A stretch of 64,000 nucleotides of DNA from Chloroflexota bacterium. Its GTDB lineage: Bacteria; Chloroflexota; Dehalococcoidia; Lucifugimonadales; UBA3495. The notes under the pieces are model-generated. The model saw only the letters and a program-made list of their open reading frames with translations. It had not been told where the DNA came from and made no database searches. The stretch's first letter is position 1, and the number at the start of each line of letters is the position of its first letter. Shown here piece after piece: positions 37,138 through 46,590 of this stretch. The DNA is taken from NCBI GenBank assembly GCA_028873965.1, contig JAPPMU010000041.1, positions 36,056-100,055 on the forward strand, given 5' to 3'. Both the position numbers and the translations under genes were made by a program.

Positions 37138-37677
37138 CTAATTTCGCTGGATAACGCCGCAGGCCACGCGGGCGCCGGCGCCAGGGTCTGCGCCGTAAGA
37201 ATCCGGCTTTTCGTGGACGATGATGGCAGAACCGTCAGCGTCAAACAGGGTGTGGCCGACGCCGCCGTCCAGGGTAATGGTGTCGGTGAAATAATCCGCA
37301 CGCACGCGGCCGTCGGTTCCCGCGTATATGTTGGGCATATCGCCGGGATGTACTCCGCTAGGGTGGTTGAGGCCGTGACCGATGTTCTCGGGGTTGAAGT
37401 GATCGCCGGCGGCGGAAAAGTCTGGCGTACATGATCCTACGGCATGGATGTGAAAGCCGTGCCCTCCGGGTTCCAGTCCGGTAACGTCTGCCGCCACCAG
37501 AACGCCGTGAGGGGATTGCGTCAGCGTAACGGTTCCCATGGTCGAGCCGTCCCGCCCGAGCAGGTCGGCGACGGCCTTCGCGCCAACTCCCTGCGGCCGG
37601 TGCGCTTCCGATTGGCAGGCCAAGGTTGCCGTCATGGCGACGGCAATAACCATGACAACGATGAGAACTCTCGGCAT
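37138..37677 (-). CDS. sodC: Cu/Zn superoxide dismutase family lipoprotein
   Basis: Signal peptide ending TLAC, HGFHIH, HFNP, HPGDMPN, GARVACG. Confidence 0.88.
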   Translation of the reverse strand: MPRVLIVVMVIAVAMTATLACQSEAHRPQGVGAKAVADLLGRDGSTMGTVTLTQSPHGVLVAADVTGLEPGGHGFHIHAVGSCTPDFSAAGDHFNPENIGHGLNHPSGVHPGDMPNIYAGTDGRVRADYFTDTITLDGGVGHTLFDADGSAIIVHEKPDSYGADPGAGARVACGVIQRN

Positions 37678-37739
37678 TATATCGCTTCAATTATGGATTT
37701 TCGCAAAGCGGATGCAGCCATCTTATCACGGGGGGGTGA

Positions 37740-38591
37740 TTACATTTGGCTGTATCCGCTGCCCGGCCCGCGCGTGTCGTCGACACCCCAGCCGCGTCCT
37801 TCGGAAATCCAGCCGAATTCCAGCAGGATCTGCTGACTGTAACAAACGCGGCCGGTCACCTTGTCCGCCGGCTCCGACGCCAGCAGCAGTGTGGCTTTGG
37901 CCAGCAGTTCCGGCGGCTCCCCGCGAGGGTCGTCCATCCCTTCCACCAGGTGGTGGAACACGGTTCCCGGAGTGGGCACTACCAGCGATGGCGCCACCGC
38001 AGACACTGAGATACCATACTCGTACACTTCCTGGGCCAACCCCTGGGAAAACCGCTCCAGCGCTGCCTTTTCCGCCCCATAGCAGGTGCCGTTGTTGGGA
38101 AGCGTCGTGTACGGGCCGCGACCCGGACCCACCGCCGAACCGGACGAGATGTTCACGATGCTTCCCGACCGGCGCTCGATCATATCTCCCAGAACCAGTT
38201 GACTGAGAATGAAAGGCGCGTGGAAGTTCACCGCCCACGACCGCATCCAACGGTTGATGGGGAAGTCCTTAATGGGCAGGTAGTAGGTAAGCGCCGCGTT
38301 GTTCACCAGCACGTCCACCGGCCCGTAGATGCTGCGGGTCTCCTCCACCAGCCGCTCGCAATCCTCCGGCAGCGAGATATTTGCTGCCACCGCCGTGGCT
38401 TCACCGCCGGCTTCTTTGATGTCGGCGATGGTCTTGGAGAGCGAGCCTTCCAATGGATGATCGCCTTCGTTGACCGTGCGCGCGGCGCAAACCACTCGCG
38501 CCCCTTCGGCGGCAAAGAGCTTGCTGATCTCCGCGCCGATGCCACGGCTCGCTCCGGTGACGATGGCTGTTTTTCCTTCGAGTCTGGGCAT
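37740..38591 (-). CDS. Short-chain dehydrogenase/reductase
   Basis: TGASRGIG, NNAA, YGAEK. Confidence 0.92.
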   Translation of the reverse strand: MPRLEGKTAIVTGASRGIGAEISKLFAAEGARVVCAARTVNEGDHPLEGSLSKTIADIKEAGGEATAVAANISLPEDCERLVEETRSIYGPVDVLVNNAALTYYLPIKDFPINRWMRSWAVNFHAPFILSQLVLGDMIERRSGSIVNISSGSAVGPGRGPYTTLPNNGTCYGAEKAALERFSQGLAQEVYEYGISVSAVAPSLVVPTPGTVFHHLVEGMDDPRGEPPELLAKATLLLASEPADKVTGRVCYSQQILLEFGWISEGRGWGVDDTRGPGSGYSQM

Positions 38592-38618
38592 TTCCTACTC
38601 TTCCTTCTGCGTTTTCAG

Positions 38619-39080
38619 CTAACCTGAGTTATTTTCACGGGCGCCGTTGCGCGAGGGCGGAGGCTCCGTGAAAGCGCTGCCCTCGCGTTCCGCTGCCTCC
38701 CGGCGTTCGTTCCAGGCTTCCCAGGCTCGGTTGGCCTCCGCGCGACCCTCCTCACGACCTTCCTCGCGACCCTCCTGACGCACCAGGTCACGGTACAACT
38801 TGGCAAGTACCATGGGTAAGCCCTCCACCAATCCGAATGCCAATGGGAACGCGACGCCGACGGTTACCGCTGCGGCGACGATGGCGATTATAGCAATTTC
38901 GGGCCATTCCAGAGGTGCGTTCTCCGCCGTCACCACCCGCGCATAGCTGAGCAGTCCGGCCAGCGCTGCCCACAGAGTGTAGAACGTCGCCAGGAACCAG
39001 CCGTTGCGACGGATCAAGACGTCAAACGCGTTGGCTCTGACGCCCCGATTTCTATTGTCGGGAGAACCTCCGCTAGACAT
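38619..39080 (-). CDS. Two-TM protein with EGREEGR repeat tail
   Basis: Two TM helices, QEGREEGREEGRAE..WEAWNERR..FTEPPP; overlaps panB stop. Confidence 0.72.
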   Translation of the reverse strand: MSSGGSPDNRNRGVRANAFDVLIRRNGWFLATFYTLWAALAGLLSYARVVTAENAPLEWPEIAIIAIVAAAVTVGVAFPLAFGLVEGLPMVLAKLYRDLVRQEGREEGREEGRAEANRAWEAWNERREAAEREGSAFTEPPPSRNGARENNSG

Positions 39081-39906
39081 CCAGCAGGTCAGCCAGCAGG
39101 CTTTCGTTCATCGTAAAGCTCTCCGCTTCCGACGGGAACGCGCCGCTCCTTACGTCCTCCGCATACTTTTCAAAAGCCCGCGCCATGTCCGATCCCAGCT
39201 CGGCATACTGCCTGGCGTGCTTGGGCACGAAATCGAGGAACAGGCCCAACATGTCGTGAAATACCTGCACCTGCCCATCGCAGTGCGGACCCGCGCCGAT
39301 CCCAATGGTGGGAATGGTCAGCCGTTCGGTGATCGCTCTGGCCAGTGGCGCCGGCACACACTCGAGCACGACCGAGTACGCCCCGGCCTCCTGCAGCGCC
39401 AGAGCGTCGTCCAAGACCCGCCGCGCCGCCGCCTTGGTGCGCCCTTGCACCCGGTAACCGCCCAATGCGTTGACCGACTGCGGGGTCAACCCGATGTGGC
39501 CCATAACCGGAACGCCGGCATCCACGATGCGCCGAACCGTTCCCGCTATGGAGACCCCGCCTTCCATTTTCACGGTGTGCGCCCCGGCTTCTTGCATCAG
39601 CCGGCCGGCATTGCGCAACGCTTCCCCGGCATCGACCTGGTAGGACATGAACGGTAGGTCCACCACCACCAAAGCCTGCGACGCCCCCCGGCTCACCATG
39701 CGCCCGTGCCGCACCATGTCGTCCATAGTCACCGGCACGGTGGAATCGTAACCCAGCACAACCATGCCCAGGCTGTCGCCCACCAGGATGATCGGGATGC
39801 CTGCGGCGTCGGCGATGCGGGCCGCCGTGTAATCGTAAGCCGTGACCATGGGGATTTTCTCCCCGGTCCGCTTCATCTCGGCCAGTTGTCGGATCGTGAT
39901 CGCCAT
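39073..39906 (-). CDS. panB: 3-methyl-2-oxobutanoate hydroxymethyltransferase
   Basis: TAYD, LVGDSLGM, KMEGG, GHIGLTPQ, GIGAG. Confidence 0.97.
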   Translation of the reverse strand: MAITIRQLAEMKRTGEKIPMVTAYDYTAARIADAAGIPIILVGDSLGMVVLGYDSTVPVTMDDMVRHGRMVSRGASQALVVVDLPFMSYQVDAGEALRNAGRLMQEAGAHTVKMEGGVSIAGTVRRIVDAGVPVMGHIGLTPQSVNALGGYRVQGRTKAAARRVLDDALALQEAGAYSVVLECVPAPLARAITERLTIPTIGIGAGPHCDGQVQVFHDMLGLFLDFVPKHARQYAELGSDMARAFEKYAEDVRSGAFPSEAESFTMNESLLADLLDV

Positions 39907-39921
39907 CGTGCCGCGATTTTA

Positions 39922-40806
39922 TCAGTCAGACGCGCCGATTGTCCGCCTCAATTGCTCCAACTGCGATTCCGGTATTCCCTTGGCCCGGGCCAGAGGAAGC
40001 GACGACTCAGTCAACTGGCGATACAGCGGGAGCAGATGGGCTGCGTGCTGCGACAGCGATTCCAGGTGTGCGGACACTGTTTCAGCGTCGCCGCGTACCA
40101 CCGGCCCGGTAACGGCGTTGGTCGGACCCAGACGCTCGATGGCCTCAATGGTGGCGTGCGCCAAGGGCACCGCCGCCCTGACGCCATCCTCCTCAGTGAA
40201 CCCCATGTTTGTCCACAACTCGACGGCGGCGTCCAAAAGGGTGGACAAGTACCCGCAACTCAATACCGCGCTGGCATGGTACAAAGGACGCATCCCATCG
40301 GGGATTTCGATGCCATGCCCGCCCAGAGATTCGGCCAAGTTCGGTAGAAACTCAGCGAGCCAGCCAGTGCCCGAAATCGCGAAGGTCACTCCCTTCAGCC
40401 GTTCGGCTGCTTGCTCCGGACCCTCAATGGCTGCAAACGTTTGAAACGGGTGCATGGCTCCTACGGCTGCTCCGGCGTTTGCCGCAGAATCGAGGAGTTC
40501 GATCGACGCCGCGCCGCAGCAGTGTGCCACGCCTTGACCCGGCCTCCACCTCACCGTCCGAGACACCTCGGCTATCACTGAGTCCGGCGTCGTGATGAAC
40601 ACCAGATCGCAGGCCTCCGCCACCTGCTCCGCAGTTGCCAGTGCCGCGCATCCGTCAATCAGGCTCGCCGCCCGCTCCGCGCTCGATTGCGTGCGACTGG
40701 CGATTGCCGCGACCCGCCAGCCGGCTGCGCTCAGCGCCAACGCCAGCCCGCTGCCCAGCACGCCCGCGCCCACAAAACCAATGGCGATGCCCTCAGGCTT
40801 GACCAT
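39922..40806 (-). CDS. Rossmann-like/DUF2520 protein (PanG-type ketopantoate reductase candidate)
   Basis: GAGVLG, HCCGA, HPFQTF, YHASAV, TGPVVRGD; adjacent to panB. Confidence 0.85.
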   Translation of the reverse strand: MVKPEGIAIGFVGAGVLGSGLALALSAAGWRVAAIASRTQSSAERAASLIDGCAALATAEQVAEACDLVFITTPDSVIAEVSRTVRWRPGQGVAHCCGAASIELLDSAANAGAAVGAMHPFQTFAAIEGPEQAAERLKGVTFAISGTGWLAEFLPNLAESLGGHGIEIPDGMRPLYHASAVLSCGYLSTLLDAAVELWTNMGFTEEDGVRAAVPLAHATIEAIERLGPTNAVTGPVVRGDAETVSAHLESLSQHAAHLLPLYRQLTESSLPLARAKGIPESQLEQLRRTIGASD

Positions 40807-41788
40807 CCCTCAACTCCGAAACTGCGGGTATGCCTGCCAAACCCTGCGCCGACCGAATGCCATCCAGTACCGCCAGCGCTGTAACGTGCGTGGCCGCCGC
40901 GACGACGGCCATCAGATTGGCATCGGCGGAACTCTCACCCGTGGCCACGCAGAACATCGTGTCGCCGTCGCTGGGCGTGTGGCAAGGGCGAATCGTCAAC
41001 GCCATCCCGTCGTGGCAGGCGGACGCCACGAAATTAGCCTGCATCTTGTCCAGCTTCGCGTCCGTCGCCACGACACCGATGGTGGTGTTCGCCAAAGGAG
41101 ATGAACCCATGGACGGCTCTTCGGTCAACATAAACTGCACCGGATCCGCCATCGTTCCGCCCTTGCCGCGAGGTCCGGCAACCAGGCTACCGTCGCGATG
41201 ATCGAATATACCGCCCCACGCGTTGACCGCCACCGTCGCGCCTACAGACACTCCATCCGGCAGTACGCAGCACGCGGACCCGATACCTCCCTTCATCGCG
41301 CCATCCATCCCGTGAGCCTTGGCAACCGTCGCTCCGGTTCCGGCCCCAACGGATCCCACCACCATCCTGGCGTCGTCAGACGCGCCGCAAGCCGCATAGC
41401 CCGCCGCTCCGTCAGGACGCACGTCCGACCGGCCCACACCCAGGTCGTACAGTATCGCCGCCGGGACGATGGGCACGGGACCATGCGGCGCGGCAAAGCC
41501 GATGCCCCGCTCTTCCAGCCATTGCTGCACTCCGGAAGCCGCAGCCAAACCGAAAGCACTGCCTCCGCTGAGCAATACGGCATGAACCTGATTGACCCGT
41601 CGGATCGGATCCAGCAAATCGGTCTCCCGCGTTCCCGGCGACCCGCCGCGCACCGCCACGCCGCCCACGGCGCCTTCCGTCGTGAGGATCACCGTACACC
41701 CGGTCGCTGCCTCTGTGTTCGTCCAGTGCCCCACCGACACACCCGGCACGTCAACGATGGAGCCGAAATGTTCCCCGCGTGCGATCAC
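40793..41788 (-). CDS. Peptidase S58/DmpA (P1) family protein
   Basis: VGHW, RGGSPGTRETDLL, GGSAFGL, NTTIG, DGDTMF. Confidence 0.9.
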   Translation of the reverse strand: MIARGEHFGSIVDVPGVSVGHWTNTEAATGCTVILTTEGAVGGVAVRGGSPGTRETDLLDPIRRVNQVHAVLLSGGSAFGLAAASGVQQWLEERGIGFAAPHGPVPIVPAAILYDLGVGRSDVRPDGAAGYAACGASDDARMVVGSVGAGTGATVAKAHGMDGAMKGGIGSACCVLPDGVSVGATVAVNAWGGIFDHRDGSLVAGPRGKGGTMADPVQFMLTEEPSMGSSPLANTTIGVVATDAKLDKMQANFVASACHDGMALTIRPCHTPSDGDTMFCVATGESSADANLMAVVAAATHVTALAVLDGIRSAQGLAGIPAVSELRDGQA

Positions 41789-43047
41789 TGGTCAGAGCCT
41801 GTCCCCACCGACGAAAGCAGTTCCTCGGCCCGCTCCAGCAGATGGTCCCGTCTCTCCGCGCTGAATCCGCGGCTCTCCAGGTACAGTCGCAGCGCCGTCA
41901 ACGGTTGGAGGTCGGACGGTTCCACCGAGATGCGCCGGCGCTCGGCGTCGGTAACCTCTCGGGAAATGCTCGCCACGTAGTGCGCCGCCGACAAAGACGG
42001 ACGTAAATCAGAGTCCCTCAGCTTCGCGGACTGTTCGGAGGACAACTTGACCCGCAAGCGCACGATAGACCCGGCCACCTTATGCCGGGCAATCGCGCGG
42101 GTAACGAACGCGGCCGGATTTTGCTCAACCTCCGGCACCGCAGCGTCCACGGTGACAAACGGGCGCGCCGCGATTTTCTGGAACTGGAAATCGGTGACCC
42201 TTTGACCCTGGGCAGCCTTGGGATCGACGTCCACCACGCAGAATCCCTTCTCGTCCGATTCCTCCGAAAAGTCCACCCGCTGCACGCTGCCCGAATACGC
42301 CACGGCTGGCCCGTCCTCGCCGGCCGGCCGCAGCACCTGGTGCTTGTGTATGTGCCCCAGCGCCACGTATTCCAGTTCCGGACGCTGCACCGCGCTCACG
42401 TTGAGCACGTGGTCGTTGCCCAGCATCATCGAACGCTCCGATCCCACCGTGGCCCCGTTCACCGTGACGTGCCCGGCCAATATCGCCGGTACGTCCGGGT
42501 CGATACCCTGCGCGCGACCGGCTATGGCCAGCGTCATCCGGCGTTCGGTTTCCGCCCGGATCTCCTCGATGCTGAGCCCCCGCGACTCCTCGCGGGCCAG
42601 CATTGCTCCCCGAGAAGGCCATGGCACCGCCAAGACTTGCAACGGCCCGGCTCTGGTCGGAACCGCGTAAGTTTGCAGGCTGGCCCCTACGTGCACGTTG
42701 GGCACCTGCAACGTGGAAAATATTTCCACCGCGTGGGCTCGCCCGGTCGCCGCCGGCAGGTCGTGATTACCGGGCAGCAAAAACGTCGCAATTCCGCCGC
42801 CCGAGAGCTTGAGCAACCGGCGGGCGAACTCCCGCTGGTGGGTCTGCGTTGGATCCCGCCCTTTGTACGCGTCGCCGGCCAATACCACAACGTCAACCCC
42901 ATCGGCCAGAGCGAATTCCACCAACTCGTCCAGCGCATCCAGGAAATCCCCCAGCCGCGTGGATAGCCCAGTGTTCGGGTCGGTGCGGCCGTAGTTCTCC
43001 ACGCCGATGTGCAGATCCGAGAAATGCAGGATTCTCATCGCTAGCAT
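41785..43047 (-). CDS. sbcD: SbcD/Mre11-family nuclease
   Basis: HFSDLHIG, AGD, GNHD, ALGHIH, YSGS. Confidence 0.9.
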   Translation of the reverse strand: MLAMRILHFSDLHIGVENYGRTDPNTGLSTRLGDFLDALDELVEFALADGVDVVVLAGDAYKGRDPTQTHQREFARRLLKLSGGGIATFLLPGNHDLPAATGRAHAVEIFSTLQVPNVHVGASLQTYAVPTRAGPLQVLAVPWPSRGAMLAREESRGLSIEEIRAETERRMTLAIAGRAQGIDPDVPAILAGHVTVNGATVGSERSMMLGNDHVLNVSAVQRPELEYVALGHIHKHQVLRPAGEDGPAVAYSGSVQRVDFSEESDEKGFCVVDVDPKAAQGQRVTDFQFQKIAARPFVTVDAAVPEVEQNPAAFVTRAIARHKVAGSIVRLRVKLSSEQSAKLRDSDLRPSLSAAHYVASISREVTDAERRRISVEPSDLQPLTALRLYLESRGFSAERRDHLLERAEELLSSVGTGSDQ

Positions 43048-43107
43048 CCAAGCCGGCCGAGATTGCTTGACTCGGGTCGCGGCGGCAGCCGCCGCGTGAT
43101 CTCCGAG

Positions 43108-43881
43108 TTACGCCCGGATCTCCTCCAGAAATCGCCCGGCGCTCTGCCGCACGAAGTCCTGGATATTCACCGACATCAGCCGCACCCCGCGCTCGGCGAA
43201 CTCACGGAACCGGCCCACGTTGTCCACCGTCATTCCCGCGCCGGCGACGCCGATGACCTTGCCCTCCGCCAGCGTCCCGTCGATCACCTGCGAAATCGCC
43301 GCGTCCACTTCCGCTTGCGGCGGCATCCCCATGGCTTGCGTCAAGTCGCTGCTGCCCACCAGGATCGCGTCGACCCCATCCACGGCGGCGATCTCACGCA
43401 CGTTGCCCACCGCCTCCGGCGTTTCGACCATGCAGATGACCAGGGTTTCCCGGTTCGCTGCCTCGTAGTATTCGGCCGGCGGCAGCCCGCTTCCCAACCG
43501 GTTGGTGCGCCCGCCCGTGGAGCTGCTCCGGTCGCCCATGGGATAGTAATGCGACGCCCGCGCCACCGCTTCGGCTTCCTCCCGGTTGTTGATGTGCGGG
43601 ACGATCAAGCCTTGCGCGCCTCGATCCAGGAAACGCAATAGCGTGGAGGGTTCAGCATTGGGAACCCGCACCACCGGCGTGATGTCGTGCAGTTCGGCGG
43701 CGCGGATCATGTTCTCCGACTCCGAGTCGTTGGATGACCCATGCTCGCAGTCGATCCACGCCCAATCGAAGCCCAGCACTCCGTACATCTCGACCACAAT
43801 CGGAGCGTAGAAATTTACGCTGCCCCCAACCGCGATTTCGCCTGCGAGCAGTTTGGCTTTGGCTCGGTTCGTCCTGACCAT
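43108..43881 (-). CDS. HpcH/HpaI aldolase family
   Basis: WIDCEHG, VVRVP, LDRGAQG, MVET; GGAG RBS before ATG 43881. Confidence 0.9.
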   Translation of the reverse strand: MVRTNRAKAKLLAGEIAVGGSVNFYAPIVVEMYGVLGFDWAWIDCEHGSSNDSESENMIRAAELHDITPVVRVPNAEPSTLLRFLDRGAQGLIVPHINNREEAEAVARASHYYPMGDRSSSTGGRTNRLGSGLPPAEYYEAANRETLVICMVETPEAVGNVREIAAVDGVDAILVGSSDLTQAMGMPPQAEVDAAISQVIDGTLAEGKVIGVAGAGMTVDNVGRFREFAERGVRLMSVNIQDFVRQSAGRFLEEIRA

Positions 43882-43953
43882 ATCGTTCTCCGTTGTCTGG
43901 TGGGATCGGGCGTTGTCCCGCTCGCGGGGGATTGCGGTGCGAGGGTGGAGAAT

Positions 43954-44395
43954 GCCGGCCGGCCTGTAAGCCGGGTTCTGTATCCGCCCCCGTCGCGTGG
44001 GCAGGGACAGGACGGTGACCATCTATCTAGCCCCGATGCAGTATAACCCGCATCGCCCCGTGAGACGGGGCAGCGTTGCCGCTGGGGTCAAGCGGCCAAC
44101 CCGGGGACGGGCCGGACACCCATGGTCCCTCTATTTGGCCTTGCTCCAGGTGGGGTTTGGCCGCCGGTGCGTCACCACACGCGGCCGGACGCTCTTACCG
44201 TCCGATTTCACCCTTGCCGGCGCGCCGAAGACGTGCCGGCGGTATGTTTCTGTGCCACTTTCCGTCCCCGACTCGGTTTCCCGCGCCGGAGCCTGGGCGT
44301 TACCCAGCACCCCGTCCGGTGGAGCCCGGACTTTCCTCCCCGAGACAATAGCCATTTCTGACCATCGCTCGCGGCGGCCACCCGGCCGGTCCGGC
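43954..44395 (-). ncRNA. rnpB: RNase P RNA (type A)
   Basis: Minus strand has GAGGAAAGTCCGGGCTCC, AGTGGCACAGAAA, GGTGAAA, GGAGCAAGGCCAAA and ACAGAACCCGGCTTACA; ends pair as P1. Confidence 0.96.
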
Positions 44396-44481
44396 TTTCT
44401 CCTGATGCGAGGCTAGCACGGGCATTTAGGGGGGTCAAGCAACCACATTCCCAGCCAGGGCCTGTGCCAACTCCTTTCTCA

Positions 44482-44555
44482 TCCGCTCATGGTGAGCCTG
44501 TCGAACCATCCGCCGATTGCAAAGGGCAGCCTTCGACAAGCTCAGGATGAGCGGA
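44482..44555. repeat. TGAGCYTGTCGAA-type inverted REP-like pair
   Basis: TCCGCTCATGGTGAGCCTGTCGAA ... TTCGACAAGCTCAGGATGAGCGGA. Confidence 0.8.
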
Positions 44556-44924
44556 AAAGGTTTGAGGGGTGACTTTGTACAGGCCGTGATTCCCAGATCA
44601 TCCCGATGCGTCGTTGCGGTCCCTCACCTGATGCTTTGGCGGCAATCTCGTTCCCGGATGGTTCGTCGTACGATGAGTGCCGCGCAAAACAACCTGGAAT
44701 TTCGGCCCAGGGCTGGCAGAGACGGTGAAAATCCCCGGACCGGGCAGAACTAGCGAATTCTGGTGACGCAAAACGTTCCGTCTCCTGGAAAGGGGGTCCT
44801 TATCACCTGAAACCGGGCCTCTGTAGCCTTACTGCGGAGGCCCATTTATTAGGCTATCATGGGGTAGGGTTGCCGTAATACCCTGTTGTAATCGCAATTT
44901 CTCAGTAGCGCGGAGATCAGGTCC

Positions 44925-45314
44925 ATGACGACTATCACAATCCGCGAACAAGCGCGGACAATCTTCGACGATGCCAGAGCGATGCACCACCAGTCCCTGG
45001 AGCGGCTTGATGCTGGAGACCTCCGCGACGCTGCAGAAAAAGCCTGGTGTGCGACTAAGCGCGCTACCGACGCGCTGATACTGGCGAGAACTGGCGAAAA
45101 AATTGAAACGTCGTCCGGCACCACGCAGGAATTGGTCAGACTTGTTAGAACCGACCGGGATTTACGGCCACTGCGCGGCAAGTACTTCGACCGGCAATCG
45201 GCTTTGCATGAAGCCTGTTTTTACTTGGGAGCATGCGATCCCGAGGATGACGAAAAACTCATCCGAGAAACCGCTCAGTATCTAAACGATGCTGAAAGGT
45301 TGGCGTTTTTGTAA
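44925..45314 (+). CDS. PaREP1-family (HEPN-like) protein
   Basis: GDLRDAAEKAWCA..LHEACFY, similar to 14237-14596. Confidence 0.75.
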   Translation: MTTITIREQARTIFDDARAMHHQSLERLDAGDLRDAAEKAWCATKRATDALILARTGEKIETSSGTTQELVRLVRTDRDLRPLRGKYFDRQSALHEACFYLGACDPEDDEKLIRETAQYLNDAERLAFL

Positions 45315-45450
45315 TGGCGCCCACCGCGCTCGGCTCATCGGTACGGGATCTTGGGGAGGTTTGTGCGGAAATGCAAGCGTTTTGCACGTGACTAGTATAA
45401 TGGCGCACCACACCCCTTCCCGTTTCCAACCCAGCCTTGAGGTAGTAACC

Positions 45451-46563
45451 ATGGCCACGGAACCCGTCAACATTTTCGAGTACGAACAGATCGCCAAAGA
45501 GCGCATTGAGCAGGGACACTACGACTTCATCGCCGGCGGAGCCACCGACGAAATCACCATCCGCCGCACCCGCGCCGTGTTCGATTCCATAATGTTGCGC
45601 CCCCGCATGATGGTGGACGTCGAAGACCGGTCCCTGTCCACCACGGTGCTGGGTCAGGATATTGCTCTCCCGGTCATGCTCGATCCCGCCGGCAACCACA
45701 GCGCCGCTCATCCGGAGGCGGAGATCGCCACGGTCGAAGCAGCCGGCGAGATGGGCACCGTCATGGTGCTCAGCTCCCACGCCTCCCGCACCCTGGAGGA
45801 CGTCGCCGCGTCGGCATCCGGACCGTTGTGGTTCCAGCAGTACTTCTTCAAGGACCGCGGCCTGACCCTGGAAATGGCCGCCCGGGCGGAGGAGGCTGGC
45901 TACTCCGCCATCTGCATGACCCTGGACGCCAAGATCAAGCCCAAGCGCGAGCGCAACATCCGCAACGACTACGTCGGCGCCGAGTCGCCCAACTACGCCC
46001 AATTGGACCTGGGCACCCACACCTGGAAGTTCGCCGCAGACGCCCCGGCCGGTCCCAGCGACATCCGGGACGTGGCCTCCACCTGGGACGACCTCGAATG
46101 GTTCGCGTCCAACATCCGGCTCCCGGTTGTCGTCAAGGGCATCATGGCCGGCGAGGATGGCCGCCTGTCCGCCGAAAACGGTGCGAAAGCCGTGATCGTC
46201 TCCAACCACGGCGGCCGCTATTTGGACACTACCCCAGCCACCATCGAAGTGCTGCCCGAGGTGGTCAACGCCGTTGACGGCAACGCCGAGGTTTACCTGG
46301 ACGGCGGCATCCGTCGCGGCACCGACATCTTCAAGGCCGTCGCCCTGGGCGCCCGGGCAGTGTTGATCGGCCGTCCGTTGTTCTGGGGGCTGGCCGTTGA
46401 CGGCTCACCGGGCGTCGCCGCCGTCCTCGAATTGCTCCGCGACGAGCTGGACGCCACCATGGGCATGTGCGGCTGTCCCACTGTCGAAAGCATCAGCTCG
46501 GCAACCATCGATACGGTCTCGCCCCTGCTGGCCGCATTCCCGTCTCCGGCAGATTTCAGGTAG
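45451..46563 (+). CDS. FMN-dependent alpha-hydroxy-acid oxidase/dehydrogenase
   Basis: PVVVKG, SNHGGR, DGGIRRGTD, GRP; TATAAT upstream near 45396. Confidence 0.94.
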   Translation: MATEPVNIFEYEQIAKERIEQGHYDFIAGGATDEITIRRTRAVFDSIMLRPRMMVDVEDRSLSTTVLGQDIALPVMLDPAGNHSAAHPEAEIATVEAAGEMGTVMVLSSHASRTLEDVAASASGPLWFQQYFFKDRGLTLEMAARAEEAGYSAICMTLDAKIKPKRERNIRNDYVGAESPNYAQLDLGTHTWKFAADAPAGPSDIRDVASTWDDLEWFASNIRLPVVVKGIMAGEDGRLSAENGAKAVIVSNHGGRYLDTTPATIEVLPEVVNAVDGNAEVYLDGGIRRGTDIFKAVALGARAVLIGRPLFWGLAVDGSPGVAAVLELLRDELDATMGMCGCPTVESISSATIDTVSPLLAAFPSPADFR

Positions 46564-46590
46564 CAGCGCCCCGTTTGAGAGGAAATTGAA

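Noticed and set aside
43882-44438. ORFs overlapping rnpB, including the N-terminal extension of the aldolase
   Set aside because: Explained by RNase P RNA; the aldolase has an RBS-supported start at 43881.
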